Source: Catajapyx aquilonaris (Eukaryota). From it: a stretch of DNA of 37,407 nt. Location of the stretch: positions 1 through 37,407 of the forward strand of contig KZ539533.1 in the NCBI GenBank assembly GCA_000934665.2. Reading direction: 5' to 3'. Shown here in pieces: positions 9,583 through 23,812 of the stretch. The position numbers and the translations under genes are program-made. The notes under the pieces are model-generated. The model saw only the letters and a program-made list of their open reading frames with translations, was not told where the DNA came from and did no database searches. Numbering within the stretch: the stretch's first letter is position 1; each line of letters begins with the position of its first letter.

Positions 9583-11224
9583 TTTTTTTTATAAAAAAAA
9601 AATATAATTCACATGTTTCTACATAACTTACATAACTTAAAATAATCATTCGGAGAAAGTGCATTTCGCAAGAAAGTTGCAGTAAAGCTGCAGTAAAACT
9701 GTAGTAAGCAAGCGGAAGCTATAAATATTGAAAAATCCCGTATTATCTATAACGATCTGTATTTCCTGACATTGTGAACACCACAGTCAGACAAAGAGAG
9801 ATGTTACCGTCTTCCCTGTTACAGTTTCGAAACTGTTCAAGCCTTTCTCTGACTGCGAAAGCTTTGAATCACAGCTGCAAAACCTGGGACATACTGTGGT
9901 TGAAAAGAAGGCACAATAATTTGTTAGAGCCCATGCAGAATATTAGCAGTGCATAAGTCAGGCTCATTTTGGTGCTTGTTTAGATTCTTTGTGGGATAGG
10001 GCCTTGCCGGCAGATATGGCCTTCTCACACATACTTCAAGGACTTTCACCCTCCACTGTTCTTGCCCGCCGAATGTTTATCCTGACTGTCAACAAGGTCA
10101 TACACTGCACATACGAAAAACCAAATTGTGAATCACATTTCATCCTTGTTTTAAAAATCTATTCCGAAGTTTATTTTCCTGACCAAGAAATGTACAGGTG
10201 TGGTACTTTTGTTGTACCTACTTTTAATCACTTCTCTTTTTGGAAGTGAGTCTGGGACAAAATTATTGCTAGCTCGATGGCACTTTTCAGACTAGTAGTC
10301 ACATCAGTTGACAATGGAAGAATCTGGTTAAAATAATCGTACCAATGCAGAGTGTAAATATTTCATGCCAAGTATAACCTGTGATACAACTAATTTTGGC
10401 AGTTCATTGACAAAACACTAAATTTCATGTTAGTTTTATGAGAGTCCAAGAAAGTTTAACTGTTAGAACTTTGCAGATGACATGACCTTAACATGACAAT
10501 TCAAAAATTTATATGATGTCAAAATGAAGTGCCTGCATTAAATTGAGTTATAATGCTGTTGCACTCCCTACTCTGCCCAGGGCCAGGAGAAAACGTCTGG
10601 TGTTCTGAGGGTCTGCAATGACTAGAAACTATTTAAGATACATTGAACCCAGACCGTGACCCAGACCTACAGCCTGTACCAAAAACACAGTCAAATTTGA
10701 GAGCTCGTGGAATAAATAGTGGAAGTAGCCTGTTGAAAATGATGTTTCTACACAATATCGCGATTGCTGATTTAGATCGTGTAGTTATTTCTAATTCAGG
10801 CACTCAAAACTTTAGGAAGCACCATGTGCTTCTGAAAAGGTTAGAAGGATATAATTAGTAGCATTTGAAATTCAGGTTAGGGGCTTAGGGCATAACATTG
10901 AACCTCCCTCGTATGACCCTTTCAGGTGTATTAATTTCTAAAATTGCGTCTAGCAGATATCAGCAGCTGGACTATAATTTTCTAGTTACAGTACACCCTG
11001 AAGGTCACCATAACAGGAATTTGATGATTTAGCCTTGATTAGCCGTTTTTGCAGGCTAGGGTTTATCAAACGAATAGCAAAAAATGAAGTGGTTAAAAAA
11101 TTATTCCATACAAATTTGCAAATCATTAGTAAATAAGGCGATGCTTTAATAATTCTTTTAGTAGCCCTCTTAATTAATTAAGAACATTATTCGCAATCAT
11201 TTTTATACCATTTATCCTACAAGC

Positions 11225-11606
11225 TCTTCAATTCGACAGTTTTTGGTACACCCTGTAGGTGTAGGTATTGGTTAAAATATCCTTAAAATCAAAATCAGTG
11301 ACCGCGAAAACATTCGGTACTTACAGTGTTTACTCTAGAAGTTCTTAAATTCCATCGCAACTTTTTGGTACACCCTGTAGGTCCATGTTCAAAATAACCT
11401 AAAATTAGAAATCAGCGACCCCGAAAACAGGGTAGACATGTTTTTTACATGCTTAAACGGTTTAGTTGAGGAACTATCATTTTCGATCGCGTTTTTTCTG
11501 ATAACATTAACATTTAAAAAAAAAACACACACATGAAAAAAGTGGGGGGAGAGGGGGGAGGTCAAAAAGTGGCCTAAAATCGGTCACGTGGTATTTGCAC
11601 GACCCC
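11225..11606. mobile_element. Degenerate DNA-transposon remnant with two ~120-bp direct repeats and a Harbinger-like right end
   Basis: ttttggtacaccctgtaggt...aaatcagYgaccScgaaaaca occurs twice; ends gtatttgcacgacccc+tta; no matching left TIR found. Confidence 0.45.
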
Positions 11607-11773
11607 TTACCTGACCTGTCACATTTCATATTGGCTTCTTCGGTCCACTGGTTCAGGTGTGAAACTTACTGATAAATGTAGACATGCATGATGATGAGCT
11701 GCAGAGACAAATTCCTTACAAATCATTGCAATAACACAACACATCAAACATGATAATCAGATCTGCTGCTACA

Positions 11774-11779
11774 TTTATT
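11774..11779 (-). terminator. Candidate TMEM65 poly(A) signal
   Basis: AATAAA on the minus strand ~700 nt after the stop codon. Confidence 0.4.
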
Positions 11780-12485
11780 TTTGTTACTAGTTAGTTATCT
11801 GACCCTTTAAATATCTTCGTGACTAGATTCGTACATAGAATCCAATATATTCATACACTGTACAATTCATACGGTGTATTTAACAAAGACAAAAAATTCC
11901 TCACTCATAACAAAATGAGGTTGTAATCTCAATTAACTTGGATTATCATAGACACAGGAGGCACAAGGTAATGATAACTGTAGTCTCACCACAGGCACTA
12001 GATTTAAATGATTTAAATAGCTATCAGTGCATTTCCAAAAAAGTGCAGTTTGTAGGAAAAATGTCACCTGTAAATGCAGTACCTCTAAATTGAAAACCAT
12101 TCCTACATGATGCATAGAAAAATAATGTCATTTAAGTCCAGTTGAAGTGAATTAACCTAACTCTACTTTGATGCGAGCAGTGTTTCCCCCAAATAATACA
12201 GCAGCAAACAAACATGATTTAGAGGCCTAACCCAAGAGTAACAAAGAAAGGCAATCTCAATCTTACAATCAACAACAGTATTCCTTCTGAACAATAAATT
12301 TTGATTCCATAAATCCATTACTCTTAACATGAGAAGACGTGATCTATTCCAACCCTTTCCTATGGGCAAGTAGCCAACACAACAGAGGAAACAAGTTGGT
12401 CAACGTGAGCTTTGTTGCTAGAAAAATTGGTGAGCTGCGACATATTAAATTATTGCAGAGGAGCTGGGGAATGGGAGCTGCTTCT

Positions 12486-12608
12486 TCACCTTTTGGTTTT
12501 TTTGTCTTTTTCTTTATCTTTTTCTTCCCCCTCTTCTTCCTTAGCTGATAAAAACAAAAGTGGGAACATGCCTAGCAAGCAGCCAACAATAACGCCAAAC
12601 GCTCTTCC
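12486..12608 (-). CDS. TMEM65: TMEM65 last coding exon (GRAFGVIVGCLLGMFPLLFLSAKEEEGEEKDKEKDKKTKR*)
   Basis: Acceptor ttattctag; conserved GCLLGMFPL TM segment; 123 nt ending in TGA. Absent from the ORF track. Confidence 0.93.
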   Translation of the reverse strand, partial: GRAFGVIVGCLLGMFPLLFLSAKEEEGEEKDKEKDKKTKR

Positions 12609-12781
12609 CTAGAATAAGAATAGAACAAGGTTAAGTACTTTGAACGTAGAGCCATAGTAATTCATGTAACAAGTCCTCAAACACTCTCTGCCTTATGCCA
12701 TTTACAGTGCAGCACACAACATGTAAACATGTCTGAAAAAGGTGTTACTGTACAAGAACCACACTACCATAAAACACCTAC

Positions 12782-12985
12782 CAAATTAGCTGTCCATCGG
12801 GACGAATTCATCTGCAGCTGCATGGGTGACATCTGTGGAACCTTGACCCCTATCCTGACTGCGATATTCTCCACGTACCAGGCCGACCCGATCCCAGCCA
12901 CGTCCGAAATCGTGTTTCCTAAAGCTGCAGCTGCCATAGTGGAAATGCCAAGTCCAGCTCCAATGGTCACATCTATGTAATCACC
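12782..12985 (-). CDS. TMEM65: TMEM65 coding exon 5
   Basis: Family signature GISTMAAAALGNTISDVAG; acceptor ttgcag, donor TTG|gtaggt; 204 nt, phase 0. Confidence 0.95.
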
Positions 12986-13356
12986 CTGCAAAGGGACCAA
13001 AGATCAGGACATTGGTAGCATTTCGCCGTGAGAGAAAACTCATTTTTTTCTCGACTTGTACATATTTTAAGACATGGGCTCGCTATGGCATTGGAATCGC
13101 AGTTGCATACTGTAGCTCTCCATAAGTATCATGTCATTAACCTACATTCCACGTTCCCCATGCAAAAACGTGACTTATCCAACTACGAATAATTCAGTCA
13201 AATAACTCGTAATCAGTGTTCCACATCGCAAATTACAGTCTTACATTAATTAACTAAAGGACATAATTGTGTTTCGCCTCGTAAATGCCTATGAAGAGCT
13301 CTCAGTGTTTCATTCTTATAAATGTCAGACAATAAAGCAACTAAGGAAGCATACTG

Positions 13357-13598
13357 CCGCGTGTATTCTGAATTGAGCTCACATTTGTATGCTGCATGGG
13401 TTTTTAAAAACCCCATGCGGGCCCTCATTGTAATAACCCGTCGCCTCACATTCAAGTGCAGCAGTGAGTTGCATACACCAATGGAAAGCCCATTTAATGG
13501 CATGACTTCACTTCAAACTTGGTGAGTTCGCAAAGGCCAGAACAGCGTCAGCGAAAGTTCCACCTACACGAATGCGAGCTCAATTCTGAAACACGCGG
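13357..13598. mobile_element. Tc1/mariner-like MITE in a TMEM65 intron
   Basis: Imperfect ~33-bp TIRs ccgcgtgtattctgaattgagctcacatttgt / acgaatgcgagctcaattctgaaacacgcgg; TA on the right side. Confidence 0.65.
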
Positions 13599-16500
13599 TA
13601 TAAGCAGCAAATGTTGATTTTCCAGTATTCAAACAATGCATCAAAAACCCATAAATTATTAAGCGCGAATACGGCTGTAAGTCATTCCTTGTAAAATAAA
13701 CTTAAACATATGCACAGCTCTCCATCGTGGTTACTATTTAGACGAAGCTGGTGCTACACAGATATGACTTGTGGGACCCCCCTGCATAGACAATAGTAAA
13801 TTATCATCCTGCTTCCACGCACAAAGCCCACTCCATACAAGGAAATGAGGCATCCCATTTAGCCTATGAAGCCAGCAGTGCTAGTGAAACAATTACCTTG
13901 TTACATATCTCAAATGCGACGGCACGCTCCGAACACACGCTGGAATGAAGTCAATCCTCAAGCCCTGCTCTTTTTCAAACAAACGACACCTCCCGCCGAG
14001 ACGTTAATCCCACTGCAACCACCAAGGTGAACCCCCATATAATTTAATAATAATATTAATGATCCAGACTGCAATCTCCAGGCAGCACCTGCAGGCTTTT
14101 AATACGTAAGTAAATGCCCCTCACAAAAGATTGGCGCCCAGATGGCTGCCTCAGAGCACTTGCCCCCTACATTTATGGCAATATGGCCGTCATTGAGGCC
14201 ACCCTCAAACTGCGAGCACTTCCTGTTATGCAAGCCCCCCCCCCCCCAACCNCAACCATTTTTATTCAAAGAGAGCGCCCGGGGCACTAATTGTCATTAA
14301 AACGAGTGTAGTGCATTTCCCGAAAAAGTATGTCAAAATTATGAATCCGTCAACATGTTTTGACTCATGGCTATGTAAACTCGGCCTGCTTCCGAAATGC
14401 AAGGCAGCACACGGTTCCCGACCGCAATAAGTTATGCTGCAATCAATACCCCACTGCTTGTAAAATTGGTCTATTCTATTATGGTGCACAGGAGAAAGTT
14501 GGCAGTCTTGATGCATTCATCCAAGTCGCTCCAGTCGTGTAAACTGAACGTCAGCTGGTCCGTTCATTAACCAGATGCGCTCAATCTCCTAAGAAATAGA
14601 TGCCAAACACGTGACACCTCAGGCTAGTTCTGTGACGAAGCTACTCTTATAATTTTGTAAAAAAGCTCTCTGAAGCATCCCGCAGGCTTTCTAAAGTAAG
14701 CTCAAATATATTTTTCCTTGGAACATTTCCGCTTCCAAAGTTATGTACATACATGAATATCGGGGCGGGGTGCACTGACAAAATATTTTCCTTCGACTTG
14801 TTTACTTCGCAGTTCCCAACCACCGAGAGGAAAAGTCGCAAACTCTAACTGCATGTTATTTTTCACTCTCCTTTCTGAAACGTCTCCACTTAAGCACCAC
14901 TACACGAAAATGCTTCCATTTGAAGACCGCAGTAAGCCAAGTCATTTCTCCGGAAAATTCAATCTAGTCAACTGTCAAGCAGACTGACTTTTTCTCGCTT
15001 CAAATGTTAACGGGAGAAATTGTTTTGAGCTAAACCAGGTGCGAATAACGTCATTTGAGGCCTGCCCACTGGCGCACGAGCCATTCAATTTGCTAACTGG
15101 GCTTTCCATAACAGCACCCCCTTTTGTTCTAGGTAGCTTTCCATTTGTTGCGGGAGCTTGGATGCTAAGCCGCCGGGAATATGATGGTTGGAATAGGTGA
15201 AGTGACTGCCATTGCAAACTCAGGGAGTTCCCCTTGGACTTCGGTCGTACCCATAAATATTTGATTCTGCCAGTCGACAGTCGAACCGGGAAAACGCAAG
15301 CGTCGCGAGCAAACATGCGACGCTCAAAACAGAAAACACAGGAAGCGGCTGTCAAATAATAGCTGCTGCAACTGCTTTCGTAATGCATCAATGTCCAGAA
15401 TTTGCCTCGGCTTTGAAATGGAATGGAACAAATGAGAACAAACTATTTACCCTGCATTGTCAAAAAATATATCGCCTCAGAAAACGGGTTTTTAGCATAG
15501 CTCCCCGAACGCAATCATAACCCTAGACAGCTTGACATTACTGACAGCAACAAATATAACGGTAGACTAAAACTCGCTCCATTCACAACGGTTCTCATTT
15601 CAAACTCTCATAGTGTTTTTGTGTATCATTTCCAACATATCCTGTTGTGAACACAATGTACAGTACATTGCAACTAATATCCTGCAATCACTCATTATCA
15701 ACACATTTATATCATCGACATCATAGCATTTCCCTCTATAAAAGGGCCATGATTGTGGCAAAGTATGGGCCTACTTACTAATTCAACGCACCTAGTAGAC
15801 TAACCGTTTCTAAGTGGAGTGTCATGTACCATTTGGTTAAACAACGTCCCGCGGTAATTGTCCTCCTAACTCACTTAACTCATTTTTGTACTGAGACGAT
15901 CCACATTTCCCCACTTGAACTGTTACACTGTTCATCGTTAATATGGTAATTATATTCACTCCCCCACCTGCGCAGACAATCAAATTTTATGGCCTATTTA
16001 CAATCACATACAGGGTCCTAACCGGCGTCCTAAACCGGGTGGTCCTAAACCGGCTTTGCAGGACACCCCATAAAAGTATACTCACGTACCATGTCATGTA
16101 CTTCATGAACGTTGTGCATTTTTTAGTAGCCAACGTAAGCTGCTTTCCTCCCCCGTATATTTTGATCCCGACTACAGACTCCAGCTTGCGTAACAATCTG
16201 GGTGTTTCATAAATTACAGCCAACCCGCTGTTTGATCCCCGCCAGTGCATCAGATGCATCCTTGGCGTCATTTGTAATTGCTGATGAAAGGTCAATATTT
16301 GCCTCCGGGAACATCCTTTTGTGCTATGACGTCCCCTTTTTACAAACGTATATAAACCCAGCTACTACTACACTAATGCCGCGACACAATACTAGCCCAT
16401 TCGCGACAACAATAGATGCCATCTGTGATTAACAAAAATGACACCGTGCACCTGGCATGATGATTAATTTCGAGCACAATTTCTGGCAATTACGAGACGA

Positions 16501-19500
16501 CCGAGAGAGAACCCGATTAAAAATTAATTTCCCCTCATTTGCATGACGTGTACGAGAAACTCCGATAAAACGACAATGTCGGGCTCAAATGACGTCCAGA
16601 ACTGCTTCGGTGAAAAGGCGTGACTTGTTATCTCAACAAAGGCCTCGGTGACAAAAACGAATGCGCATATAATCCCACGCGCTTATCCACAGGCGCACAT
16701 TGTTCCATATTCATGGATACTTTTCCATCAAAATGTTTCCATCGCACTTGAGTACAAAGCGCATTGCATCCCGGAACAATACGGGGCCATGATTGTATGC
16801 ACTGGGCTGGTTACAAAAACAACTAATTCCACCCATCCAAATGTGAAATAAGGAAATTTTAGCATTTTGAGATAATGAGGGGGTTGTTATGCATTGCATG
16901 TCAAGGGGCGATATCTTACTTTGAGAGTGGGGTTACTAATGGCTCGCAGGTGCAATGCAGATGAAGCAGCTTCAAGGTGATAAGTCAGTGTCTAATTATT
17001 TATTGGCGCTGCACGATGTTATTAAAACATGCATTTTACCATAGAAATTATACAGGGTGGTGGGTTCGGTTTTACCCACAAATAACCTGTTAAAATTCGC
17101 AAAGGATTCTGGTCGTTCACAAGGCTGGTTTCAGCGGTCGAAACACAATTGTAATAATCGCATTACAGACACAACATCGAAATGGTACAAATTATCACAA
17201 GTGGGCGTAACTTTTGTGCAGAAATTATGGACATTACTCATCAAATAATCATAGAATACTTCAACCGGCTCAAATATGACCTTGTCCTATTTACCCTGCA
17301 ACTAACACTGAACATGTTTAAAATCGGATCTGCTGACAGTTCACTACTACCAGCATCTACTCGTAATTGCAACATGCCCTTTTAAACTGGGATGACGCTA
17401 TACCAAAAGGGCTCGCATTACACCAAATGCATTCAATTCGTCACCGTCCACGTTACAAAGCTCCGGCCCTATCGACGTGCAGAGTTTTCAACATTTCGGC
17501 AACCCCTCCAATGTTACCTCCAACATTTCAAACCCTCATGAATATTTCAACCCAAATGTAATTCGCACCAACCAACCTTTCCCCGTGATTTCCTTTTTCC
17601 TATACACGCCTTCAGTATCAATGCCCTTCATCCCTTTATAGTATAGCCATCTCAGAGCCACATTACCTCCTCCTTTGTAACAGCCTGACCCCCCATCTCT
17701 CGCTAAAAGGCTACAAAAGACAAAGCCACTTCACACGCCATGTATCTCCCCATGCTGGTCCACTCTCAATTTTTCTCACGAATTCAATTTGTCCCACCGT
17801 GGTTTCACTCTATGTGTCGTGCCGAACCCTGTAAACAACTCTGCCCGAATCCTGAAAGAGAACAGATTGCGAATATCCCTTTAGTCCACTATACGACATA
17901 TAGATCGACATGACCAGAAGCCTTGAGGGATTTAAAAATAGCTCGCCCTATTTCGAATCATACCTTTCATTCAGAGTCGAGCAGCATTAATTTGTTACAG
18001 GCCAAAATATTGGACGTGAGCGGGACCCAGCACACGGATGTTAGTAGCCCTGCTGGATGAGAATCTATTTGAAGTGTTATATGTAGTGTATTCCACGGGC
18101 TGGGTCCTGCATCATATAGCGCCGTGCGAGTTTCCGTTCCTCAGGGCTTTGCAGTTCGCGAACCTTCAAATTCCCGGTAAAATATTAATAAGGTTACTGC
18201 ATAACTGCCATAGAGGAACTCGTGCGGTGGTCCAAATATCATGTAATAGCCCCACGAAGAGAATGCAATTAATCAGTTTCGCGCAGGTACCAAGTGATGA
18301 CGTACGGAGGAAAAAAAAAAGGGTAACAAAAACATGCGCTTTCAACCTTGAGTATAATTGTATGTAATTACCATGTAATTGATTGTTTTCAATAATGAGT
18401 TGAATTATTCAGGGGTTTTGAGGTGTTGGGTGACAGTATTGCATGGCCTGATGCAAACATTGTTAGAAACATCGTCATTATGCGCACCTACAGCCGGGAC
18501 ATGCAAGCCCATGAAGGTTTAGATATCCGCCTCGTTGAAACCAGTATTGTACGAAAAAAAAATTGTTTAGCAAAACACTGATGATAAAACGGTCAACTCG
18601 TATGCCGACTGCGTATACTGCTTTCATAAGGTGAAAGGATAAGTGCAGTCAAGTTGACTTGTAAGCAGATATGAGCTTTACAAAATGCATCATGTGATAA
18701 GATAACAAATCCTTATCATGGACAAAAATGAAATATACTAGTGCGGAAATCCATAAACGATGGCATGAGTCAATATATCTGCACAGACACAGGACATGTC
18801 ATTTCGACAAGAATACACAATTTCTACAGGCACATTTTGCTACATATAATGTCTATATGCTGTATCCTTCCCAATAAATCACTATGATCAGAATGCTTTC
18901 CGAATATAAAATTAATACGTGCACTGGTGTTTCAGATTGTTAAGGTCGCACTTCTCCCACAAGTATAGCATCGCTTATACTATACTGTAGTCGTGTAGCG
19001 TGTACACAGTATAGTGTCTGATCCTACAACTGAAGCAAATAATAAAACCCACTGAAGATTTCAAGTAACATATAATCATTACAAACAGTGTGTATGCAAG
19101 GTTTTGAGTGCACTGAGCCAGTGATCAAAATTCTTAGCACGTGAAATATAAACTGTACCTAAAAGTACATGAATAAGACAATTCTACGAGTGGCCTGTAC
19201 AGAGGATGCGGCCCCAGATGTTCTGTGGATTCTGTGGATAACTTACAACCGTATAGCTACTGTAGAATTTGCGATAAATTATTATAACAGATATACTTAC
19301 AAGTAAATGGGATTAGCCACATCAATACCTACGACCGCATTTTGCGAGTGCACAATAATACTGTCACCACGAATAAAAAGCCATAAATATTCAAACACTG
19401 TTCATTTCAACTCGGAACAATTGGTATACAAAGTTGGTTCCAAATTACGAATCGTGCATCAATCACATGAGACTGTCCCCACATGACGGACTGCTGTCAT

Positions 19501-20342
19501 GTCCTAGCCCAATTTCACATTATGTTCGATCCTTGTTATAGCTCTGGTATAACACTACGAATGCAGGGGGGGGGGGGGGGGCGGTCGGTGAGATTCCAGA
19601 ACGACATCAGTCTACGTCATACGCGCTTTGAAATCCGAAAGACCATTATTCAACAGCCAGTCTAGCAAAATGCCTTCATCCTGACGAACACGCAACCCAT
19701 ACACCTCTCTTGATCGGCAAAAAGTACATAGCGCAGGGGTAAATAAAAGCCGCTAAATGAAATCGATTCCCATTCGGATACACTGTACGCCAATGAATCC
19801 TTGCAGCATTCCACGAGTAGACGATATACGGTGTGATCATGCTGACCAACGTATACTGTACAGCAAAATAAGTAAGTCAGAAGCAGAACACCGCATCAAA
19901 GGTACAGGGTATTCCCACATTGTAAATCTGTACCGTACGACTTTTATGAGTTCGACCAGGCACTTCGCATGTAGGACACTAATATAATAGCATTACAACT
20001 TGAAAAATTGCCTTACAATATGTTACTAGGAATTCGTCTGGAGACACGAGTGAGGTTCCTAGCGATGTTTTAATCCATCTCTCGTTCATGATATTAACCT
20101 GCTAGCTTTCGGACGGTCAATTTTCGACACGTCCTTCCCACCTTGGCCCCCTTCAAACAATACACAACATAATTGATTTCTGATACGGCCAGTCTGAGTA
20201 GGCTATGTCAACATGAACCAGAATAATAACCAATAAAGCTGCAACCACTAGTAATGGGGGAAAAAGGCCCGACACATTCCTCAGGCGCTGAAACCCTCGT
20301 AAAGCTAAGACCTCTGGGTATATATTCACATTCTCAACTCAC

Positions 20343-20410
20343 CGCCACGATCATAATGAAATTGTCCAAGAATCCAAACCCGATGAATGGCATCGCATTG
20401 TGCAGAGCCA
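20343..20410 (-). CDS. TMEM65: TMEM65 coding exon 4 (LALHNAMPFIGFGFLDNFIMIVA)
   Basis: Conserved PFIGFGFLDN motif; acceptor ttttgcag, donor GCG|gtgagt; 68 nt, phase 1 to 0. Confidence 0.95.
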
Positions 20411-21884
20411 CTGCAAAATGGAGGTAGAAGCAAATTGTTAATATTACATGACAATATTTGCTCTCTCCCTGCGACCAGTGATCCAATTCACTCGGATCAG
20501 AAACTCCAAATAACTCTGTTTCTCCCCTGGGCTGAGCTACAAAGCTATTGGTATTTCCAAACAAAATTACCCCCATCGACCTCGCTAGCAGGCCGGATTT
20601 CCCATTATATCCTTTCTAAAACTCGACTGGTTGAAATACCGGTAGTGACTGTCTTCGGAGAAGAGGAAGCGGAAAGGCTGAGCAGAGCAAACACGAAGAA
20701 GAACATGGCAAAGGAGAGCGGAAAAAGAGGTGGCTGATTACCATATCTGATTTAGGACACGGCATCGGGGTATAAATTAAGGATCAAGCACATATAACAT
20801 CGCTCAGGCCCGAAAATATGGAATACGCTGATCACAGGGATGATAATAAATTAAGGTGTACCATTACGTAGAGAAATATTAGGAACAGGTAGTATTAATA
20901 CAGTCATTAAACACTAATGAAGTGATCTAAAATAACAATTTTAATAGCTTATAAAATAATGTTAACAGTTGATGTGTCCCAAACCCCCACATGTTACACA
21001 ATGTAATAAACTTGCCATACATGAAATTGGAACATAACCGCTCACAGGCACTAAAACACATACGCTCCGGCACCGTCAGATGACGCTGTCTCCCGCTAAT
21101 GAGAGCATAATGTGCAATGAAAATGCGATCGGTGATTGACAAAGATCAATATTATTCTGCACATTTATACTGTTACTGCACAAGATTTTCTGTACTGTTG
21201 CGGCCGCTTTCGCACGTCGCGCAAATTTATGCCACACAATCTAACAGCGAAATCCCCGTTCGCATAAAGCCATCACTTTTAATCTATGCAGATTAAATCT
21301 TAATGAGGCTTTGGCAGACAACTAAATGTGCAATTACATTAGTTCATATTAGTGCACAATCAATGACACAATTTTGCATACTTTATTAATTATTAAAACA
21401 TTAATTTGGCGCAGCTTCGGAGTTTATCACAGACAACGTGGCAAATGCGCCATTTTAAAAATCCCCTAAGCCCAAAGGGTAGTCCATGTTGCTCTCAAAT
21501 AACGACAAAAACACGGGGGGGGGGGGGNCTTCGCTGGCTAGTTTAGCCGTCACAGGGCCATAGTTCGCACCTCCTGCTACAATATAAAGGTCAAATTTTA
21601 AAGTTCTTGTTATCAAAGCTATTAAAATTCCTGTCAAGATTTACGTGCCGTGGTTTATGACTTCCAGATGCTTGTAAACTTTAACATCCTCGCAATAAAT
21701 TGCATGTTAACTTCAGTCGAGAATTCCCCAGGTTGCAAGCTTCGTTTTCAAAAAAAAAAAACAAAAAAACAAAAAAAAAACACGTTCTCTCCTGGTTAGA
21801 TCGGTGGAAAAACTCATTTGTTTGCACAAGAAACTCACAGAGGTAAACTATTAGACTGGAAAATATAAAGGGGGGTATACTCAC

Positions 21885-21926
21885 AGTCTCTCAAATCCCG
21901 ATTCGATGGAGCTGGCACATGTTGCG
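21885..21926 (-). CDS. TMEM65: TMEM65 42-nt exon 3 (AQHVPAPSNRDLRD)
   Basis: Acceptor tttttttgcag, donor T|gtgagt; phase 1 to 1; supplies the P-P-S-x-x-x-L-R segment expected before TM1. Confidence 0.85.
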
Positions 21927-23740
21927 CTGCAAAAAAACATTTATGCTTGTTTGCTCAAAATGTCATATCAAATTGTCTGGAGATATACACAATGAAAAAT
22001 GAATAAGTCCGCAACATAAATGAGCACTAAAGACCTCCTAACACAAACCGTGCATTTGAATAATACACACCCACACATATACGTCCAAGATGATACCTTC
22101 CATAATCTCACTCTCAGTAGCAGACCACCACTCATTATCACAACGTAAGCTTGAACTGAGCCACGAGGATCTGCACTCTACCGTACATATATTAAGGCAA
22201 ATGGCCCAGATTTCTCGGTCTATTTGTGAGAATCTGCAGAATGTAAAGGGCAGAGACAGCTCGCTGAATTATGCATCGTGTGTTGTAAATTAGCCAGCGG
22301 CAACTCTTCAAGCATACAACACATCCAAAACAATGGGATTCTTAGGAATCACTAAAAACACTTTCAAAAGGGACGAAAAAAATCCCATACTTCGACCTTA
22401 CTGACGTAATGCTAAAGTTGAAGGATGTCAAAGTTTTCCGATATTATCTGGAGAGATGCATTGTGCCGAGTTTCGATTTGAAATTTTAAAGACATCCACT
22501 ACAGTATGACGTACACCGTCTAAATTAATTATCCTACATGCGCCTTTGTTATTTTTGAAAATGACTATTTTTGATTCATGCATCAATAAAGTGGTCCGCT
22601 ACGGAGAATAGACGTATGGAGTTTCAATTACTATTCGTCTAGCAAAAGTGCACTAATACACTCTATGTGTAGACAGTTTAGGCATGTAGTGTAGAATATG
22701 TTCGTGGGTTGTGAAAGCATACATGCACCCAAAGTACTATCGAGTAAAACTACTATGTACACACTGAAGCAAGACAAAAGCAAAAAAGTGCGGCAGTGCG
22801 AAAAGGTATAGGGATAGTGTTTTTAAAAAATTGCTCACATCAGTGATGGAAGGGGAAAACGAATGGGCACCTTATCAAAGGCCTTTATCGAATTGTCCTG
22901 CACTCGACAACCGTAATCGATTAGATGAAACCGCATGAGGCGTGATTACGTGGTCTGCCACGTGAAATGAGTATTGAAAAATCATACAAATTTATCACGT
23001 ACGAGTTCTCTGCGTGTGTAAAGAGCCTTATGAGATGCCCATAAAAAATTGCAATGAAAAACATGTATCGAATCAGTACTTAGCGGCTATTGCAGAAAGT
23101 GGTGCATCAGAGAGAAGAGATAAAGCTGCCTGCGACTTCTGGAGATCATATCACTGAGAGTAAACTATACAGACAGGAAGACAGCTTTCATTGTGTTTGT
23201 TGTGAGAGGAGCAGACAGTGGCCTGCGGCAGTGAAAACTGGTGAAAGAACACGACTAAACAGCAAAGAGACGCTAATAATCCACTGCGCTTACATGACTC
23301 CTGTCCTGAAACGGGCGTGAAAGCAACATAAAAAGAGGAAATAGAACACTTAATTAGTCAACATCCCTGAGGACGACGTATCGGAGAATTACAACCGGTC
23401 GTAACTCCCTTGAAATTCAGTTTTAAGCCTTGGGAAATCAAATACCATGATCCGTCCTGGCCTAGGCCGCGAATAAAATTGACCTTTTTTGGTTCGAAAT
23501 GCAGGATCAGGTTCCCGGAGGCTGTAAGGGTTTTAATGTTGGGATCAAATCTGGGCATTGATTTTCCCACGTTCGTCGAGTGTTCTCTTAACTAACTTGT
23601 TGAGTAGAGGTGGCCTGCGGCGTATTTCGGTTGACCTGGAAATGACCTTGCTAATCCTCAATCTTCCGGAGCTAATAATACGGAACCCGCTTAAAAGTAT
23701 GGCCTCCAGCACATATCAGCCAATAATAATTCTGATAAGC

Positions 23741-23812
<72 letters not shown>
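23741..23812. repeat. (CAT)n microsatellite, ~24 units
   Basis: Directly visible; intronic. Confidence 0.97.

Noticed and set aside
16010..16055. Three short gtcctaaaccgg-like repeats
   Set aside because: Too short, no unique spacers; not CRISPR; probably a TE remnant.
23355..23720. Coding-looking intronic stretch with ~60-70 aa ORFs on both strands
   Set aside because: No recognisable motif or convincing splice sites.
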